32,000 nucleotides of DNA from Bacillus subtilis subsp. subtilis str. 168. GTDB lineage: Bacteria; Bacillota; Bacilli; Bacillales; Bacillaceae. Shown in pieces: positions 28,301-32,000 of this stretch; within the stretch, counting starts at the first letter, position 1, and the number at the start of each line of letters is the position of its first letter. The stretch lies in the NCBI RefSeq assembly GCF_000009045.1, contig NC_000964.3, positions 3,840,001 through 3,872,000 on the forward strand. Reading direction: 5' to 3'. The translations under genes were made by a program, and so were the position numbers. The notes beneath the pieces are model-generated. The model saw nothing but the letters and a program-made list of their open reading frames with translations, ran no database searches and was not told the DNA's origin.

Positions 28301-29486
28301 CTTGTAATGACCCGAACGGCAGGTTCAGCTTTTGAATCCGCGTGACAAATTCCCGCAGATCCTCCTGCTTCGACACCATTGAGATTCTGACATGCCTTTT
28401 TCCGTTGCTTCCAAAAATTTCGCCCGGTGTGACTACGACATGGGCATGCTCCAGCAAGTAATCGGAAAATTGGTGAGATGTCTCAAACGTATTCGGAATT
28501 TCAGCCCATACGTAAAAGGTTCCTTTTGGCTTTTCCATCTTCCAGCCCAGTTCCTTTTCACAAAGCGCCGTAAAAAAGTCAATTCGTTCCTTATAAATTC
28601 GTTTCAACGATTCCGTATGCTCCGGATCTCCAGAAAGCGCCGCACTCGCTGCCTGCTGCAGCCCGCCGAACATGCCGACAAATACATGATCCTGAAATTC
28701 ATTGACGGCCTGAATGATTTTTTCGTTCCCAACCGCAAACGCCATTCTCCAGCCGGCCATGTTAAATGTTTTTGAAAATGAATAAAGCTCTGCTCCGACA
28801 GTTTTGGCATCCTCTGCCTCAAGAAAGCTGGCCGGTTTTTGATCGAATTCAAACGCCCCGTATGCAAAATCATGAATCAAATGGATGTTATGCTCTTTCG
28901 CAAAAGCAGCAGCTTTTGCATAAAAAGCCGCATCAGCCACAGCTCCAGTGGGGTTGTTCGGATAGTTTAAAAACATAAGCTTCGCTTTTTCCAGCACGGC
29001 TGGATCAATCTTTTCAAAATCCGGCAGATAGCCATTTTCTTCATACAGCGGCATTTCGTAAAGCTCAGCTCGCGCCATCGTAATCCCTGATAAATATTCA
29101 GGATAGCCTGGATTCGGGACTAAAGCGATGTCTCCCGGATTGAGCAGGCATTGTGTCAGCACATACAATCCGGCTTTCCCGCCTCCGAAAAGCGCGACTT
29201 CCGTTTCAGGATTGATTGTCACTCCGTATTCCCTTTTATAGAAAGCGGCGATCGCTTCCTTTAAAAAAGGATAGCCCCTGAAAGGGCCGTATCCATGAAA
29301 CGAAGGATTCAGAGAAGCCTCCCGCAAAGCCTCGACAATATGCGGCGGAGTGGGAAGGTCAGGGTTCCCCTGTCCGAGATTAATGATATGGGCTCCCGTT
29401 TTTTCCATTTCCTTTACCTTTTGAAAAACGAGAGAAAACTCCTGCCTTGGAAGTGTCTTGATGACATCGGACGGTGTTATTTCCAT
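28287..29486 (-). CDS. bacF: BacF, PLP-dependent aminotransferase of bacilysin biosynthesis
   Basis: 399 aa; YNPNYPNNPTGA-like (LNYPNNPTGAVAD) and SFSKTFNMAGWRMAF motifs. Confidence 0.94.
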   Translation of the reverse strand: MEITPSDVIKTLPRQEFSLVFQKVKEMEKTGAHIINLGQGNPDLPTPPHIVEALREASLNPSFHGYGPFRGYPFLKEAIAAFYKREYGVTINPETEVALFGGGKAGLYVLTQCLLNPGDIALVPNPGYPEYLSGITMARAELYEMPLYEENGYLPDFEKIDPAVLEKAKLMFLNYPNNPTGAVADAAFYAKAAAFAKEHNIHLIHDFAYGAFEFDQKPASFLEAEDAKTVGAELYSFSKTFNMAGWRMAFAVGNEKIIQAVNEFQDHVFVGMFGGLQQAASAALSGDPEHTESLKRIYKERIDFFTALCEKELGWKMEKPKGTFYVWAEIPNTFETSHQFSDYLLEHAHVVVTPGEIFGSNGKRHVRISMVSKQEDLREFVTRIQKLNLPFGSLQETSR

Positions 29487-30671
29487 CTAAAAGACTCCTT
29501 TTTGCTCCGTTTTGTTATCCCGTTCCAAAAACGATTTGTTGACGAGCTTCGTATGCAAAAACAAACCGCATACGATCACGACAATCAGCCCCATAATGAC
29601 CGGAGCGCTTAGGATGTTAATGAACATTGAACCAATAGAAATGCATAATCCGATAGACGCTTCGGCCACTGAAAAAATGCGCCCTTGAATCTGGTTTGCC
29701 GCATTTTCCTGAACCTTCACTTTTGCAAGCACTTCCCCGTATTCCATCGCGATGAAAAAGAGGATCGCCGCGATGACAGAAACAGCGAATATCGGTGTGA
29801 ATAAAAACAGCGCCAGCGAGACAATGGATAAAACGGTAAAGTACGTCAGGCCTCTATTGTTGTTAAAGCCCCATTTGCTGACAAGCGCCGCTCCGATAAA
29901 GCCGCCGAAGCCGATGCAGAACGTGAGAATAAAGTTGCCGATTTCCCCGTCACCCAGAAAGCGGCTGACAATCGGAAAATAGCTGTACACAACTCCCCAC
30001 AGCAAAGCCATTGTAATCATCGTAAACATGGCGTTTAATACGAATGAATTGGTTTTGATTTCCTTGAGTCCTTCCTTAAAAGACTGAAAGGCCTCTTTAA
30101 TGTTTTCAGATTGAATCGGCACAAATTGCAGCTTGATGCGGCTGATAAAAAATGCCGAAACCAAGTATGTCACACCGTTAAAGGCAACAGCCAGCTCTAC
30201 AGATCCGCCTAACAGAAAGAGCCCTCCGGCAGCCGCCCCGACGATAATGGAGATGGTTGTCGCTTTTGCAAATAACGTGTTGATGCTTTTAATATCTGAT
30301 TCCAAGGACGACATGACAGCGAGACGGGCGGGATTAAAAAACACGCCGCTTCCATAAGTAATAAACAGCAGGGCCAGAAAAATCAGCGGATACTCGCCTT
30401 TTGGAAGAAATGTGAGCCCCAAAAAGATGATGCCTCTGATGATATCCGTCCACAGCATGATCTTAATTCTGTCTAACCGGTCGACCAGAACACCCAAAAA
30501 CGGCTGAAACACCATCGGAATGCTTCTGACCACGATGACCCCGGACGTCACCCAATAATCGTGATAATATGTAGACAAAATGAGCAGGGCAGGGAGAACA
30601 CAATAGTCTCCCATGAACGATAGCGCCTGCCCGTAAAGCAAGTATTTAGAGTTGGGTTTCAGCTGTTTCAT
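29487..30671 (-). CDS. bacE: BacE, MFS-type bacilysin exporter/self-resistance protein
   Basis: 394 aa, 12-TM-like MFS. Start overlaps the bacD stop by 4 nt and its stop abuts the bacF start. Confidence 0.94.
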   Translation of the reverse strand: MKQLKPNSKYLLYGQALSFMGDYCVLPALLILSTYYHDYWVTSGVIVVRSIPMVFQPFLGVLVDRLDRIKIMLWTDIIRGIIFLGLTFLPKGEYPLIFLALLFITYGSGVFFNPARLAVMSSLESDIKSINTLFAKATTISIIVGAAAGGLFLLGGSVELAVAFNGVTYLVSAFFISRIKLQFVPIQSENIKEAFQSFKEGLKEIKTNSFVLNAMFTMITMALLWGVVYSYFPIVSRFLGDGEIGNFILTFCIGFGGFIGAALVSKWGFNNNRGLTYFTVLSIVSLALFLFTPIFAVSVIAAILFFIAMEYGEVLAKVKVQENAANQIQGRIFSVAEASIGLCISIGSMFINILSAPVIMGLIVVIVCGLFLHTKLVNKSFLERDNKTEQKGVF

Positions 30672-32000
30672 ACTGGCAGCACATACTTTGCCGTCAGCTT
30701 CGCATGCTGCTGAATTTGTCTGATTGATTCAGCCACATCCTGTGAATTACTGCCTTTCAGTTCAAATGCAGCAATGGAATTGAAAGCTTCAAACAATGTC
30801 AAATCAACTGAAGTGCCTGGTGCTGCGGCCGAAAAAGAAACGATTTCAGTATCCCCTTTTAAAAGCCCGTCCGGAATATCGATCGCTTCAATGACCAAAT
30901 CCTCAGCAGTTTCAGGAATTTGGCCATTTTGTTTGAAATGCTGCGGGTACAAATGGCAGTCGGCAACATAATAAGGCTCTTGATCCAATAATCCGTCCGG
31001 CAGATCGGCGTCTTTTCCGAAACAGAGGACATCTAATAATAATTGCGCCATATCAAGGCCAAAGACCTTTTTAATATTGGGGATCATATTCCAGCCGGCA
31101 AATCTGGCTGCCGACTCTATTAAACCCGGTTCTCTGTTTTTCATTAGCTTGATCTCTGTATGTGTTGCGCAATTTTGCAGTCCAAGCCCTTCATTTGCCT
31201 TTTTGGCAGCTTCGACAATTTTCTTTTTTGCCTCTTCATCCAGAATGGACGGCGTAATGTGGGATGTCTCTGTAAACCCGATTTGCGGCGTTTTATCATG
31301 AATGGCGATCGGGAAATACTCACCGTCAGCCATGATGCCTTCTATACTGATATAGTCGGAGTACCCTTCTGTTTGATACCAGTCTCCGTACTCACCCTGT
31401 AAAAATTCTTCAGCGATAAACGGCGCTTCAAACGTAACCGCCTTTGGCACGTTAATTGATTTCAGATAGTCATTGACTCTGTTAAATTCATCTTCTGCCG
31501 TCTCAGTGTCCGTAATCAGCGTTACACCGATAGAACTCGCTAAGTATGTAGGCTTTAAGATAAGAGGTGTGCCGATCTCTTCAAGAGCAGCACGGAAATC
31601 TTCAAGAGTTGTGACTCGTTTGTTTTTGATCGATTTGACTCCGGCCTTATTAAAAGCGTCCCTCATTTTATTTTTATCTCTGGCATTTTCGGCTGCCTGC
31701 ACGCCGGCACCTCTCAAGCCCAGACGTTCACAGGCTTTCGCCATCGGAGCAATGAATAATTCATTGTTTGTTGTGATGGCATCCGCCCCAAACATTTCGG
31801 CAACCTTGACGATTTGCTCGACGACCTCTTCCTCAGGCTTGTTATGATCTTCATGCGCCCAATAAATGGAATCAGGGTGTTCAAAATCAGCTAAACTCTT
31901 AAAATAGTCTTTATCTTTTATGACCGCGACCGAGTATTTTTCAATCAATGCTGCATGGGAGGCTGTAATTGCAAAAGGTCTTGGAATAAAGCTGACCAGG
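30668..32000 (-). CDS. bacD: BacD, L-amino acid (Ala-anticapsin) ATP-grasp ligase, 5' end beyond window
   Basis: Listed as 426 aa, but the frame remains open to the window edge (upstream residues LVSFIPRPFAITASHAA), matching recalled BacD. Confidence 0.95.
   Translation of the reverse strand, partial: LVSFIPRPFAITASHAALIEKYSVAVIKDKDYFKSLADFEHPDSIYWAHEDHNKPEEEVVEQIVKVAEMFGADAITTNNELFIAPMAKACERLGLRGAGVQAAENARDKNKMRDAFNKAGVKSIKNKRVTTLEDFRAALEEIGTPLILKPTYLASSIGVTLITDTETAEDEFNRVNDYLKSINVPKAVTFEAPFIAEEFLQGEYGDWYQTEGYSDYISIEGIMADGEYFPIAIHDKTPQIGFTETSHITPSILDEEAKKKIVEAAKKANEGLGLQNCATHTEIKLMKNREPGLIESAARFAGWNMIPNIKKVFGLDMAQLLLDVLCFGKDADLPDGLLDQEPYYVADCHLYPQHFKQNGQIPETAEDLVIEAIDIPDGLLKGDTEIVSFSAAAPGTSVDLTLFEAFNSIAAFELKGSNSQDVAESIRQIQQHAKLTAKYVLPV

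Noticed and set aside
27493-32000. Bacilysin genes as a potential new biosynthetic cluster
   Set aside because: BacG, BacF, BacE and BacD match recalled B. subtilis proteins and gene order; this is a well-described dipeptide antibiotic pathway.

Overview
The window matches the Bacillus subtilis-group chromosome between the subtilosin (sbo-alb) and bacilysin (bac) loci. Assignments come from recall of protein families and gene order; no database search was run. Left to right: 3' part of albE, albF and albG (+); tandem beta-propeller paralogs ywhL and ywhK (-); the rapF-phrF quorum-sensing cassette (+), where the PhrF precursor ends in QRGMI; ywhH; speB and speE (-); pbpG (+); ywhD and ywhC (-); ywhB (+); ywhA (-); thrZ (-) behind three tandem T-box leaders; mmr and ywgB (-); ywgA, ywfO and ywzC (-); rsfA (+); ywfM, lipL, cysL and pta (-); hemQ (+); bacG (+); bacF, bacE and a 5'-truncated bacD (-). 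There is no CRISPR array, prophage, transposon, rRNA or tRNA that I can support. I found no convincing wholly new system. The observations most worth follow-up are: a perfect 16-bp-arm palindrome over the predicted -10 of the Rrf2-type regulator/MFS-pump pair ywgB-mmr; the three-copy T-box array, in which two copies form a near-identical 253-bp tandem repeat; the uncharacterised YwhL/YwhK propeller pair; a bacF/bacG terminator that overlaps bacF coding sequence; and an unexplained intergenic segment after pbpG.
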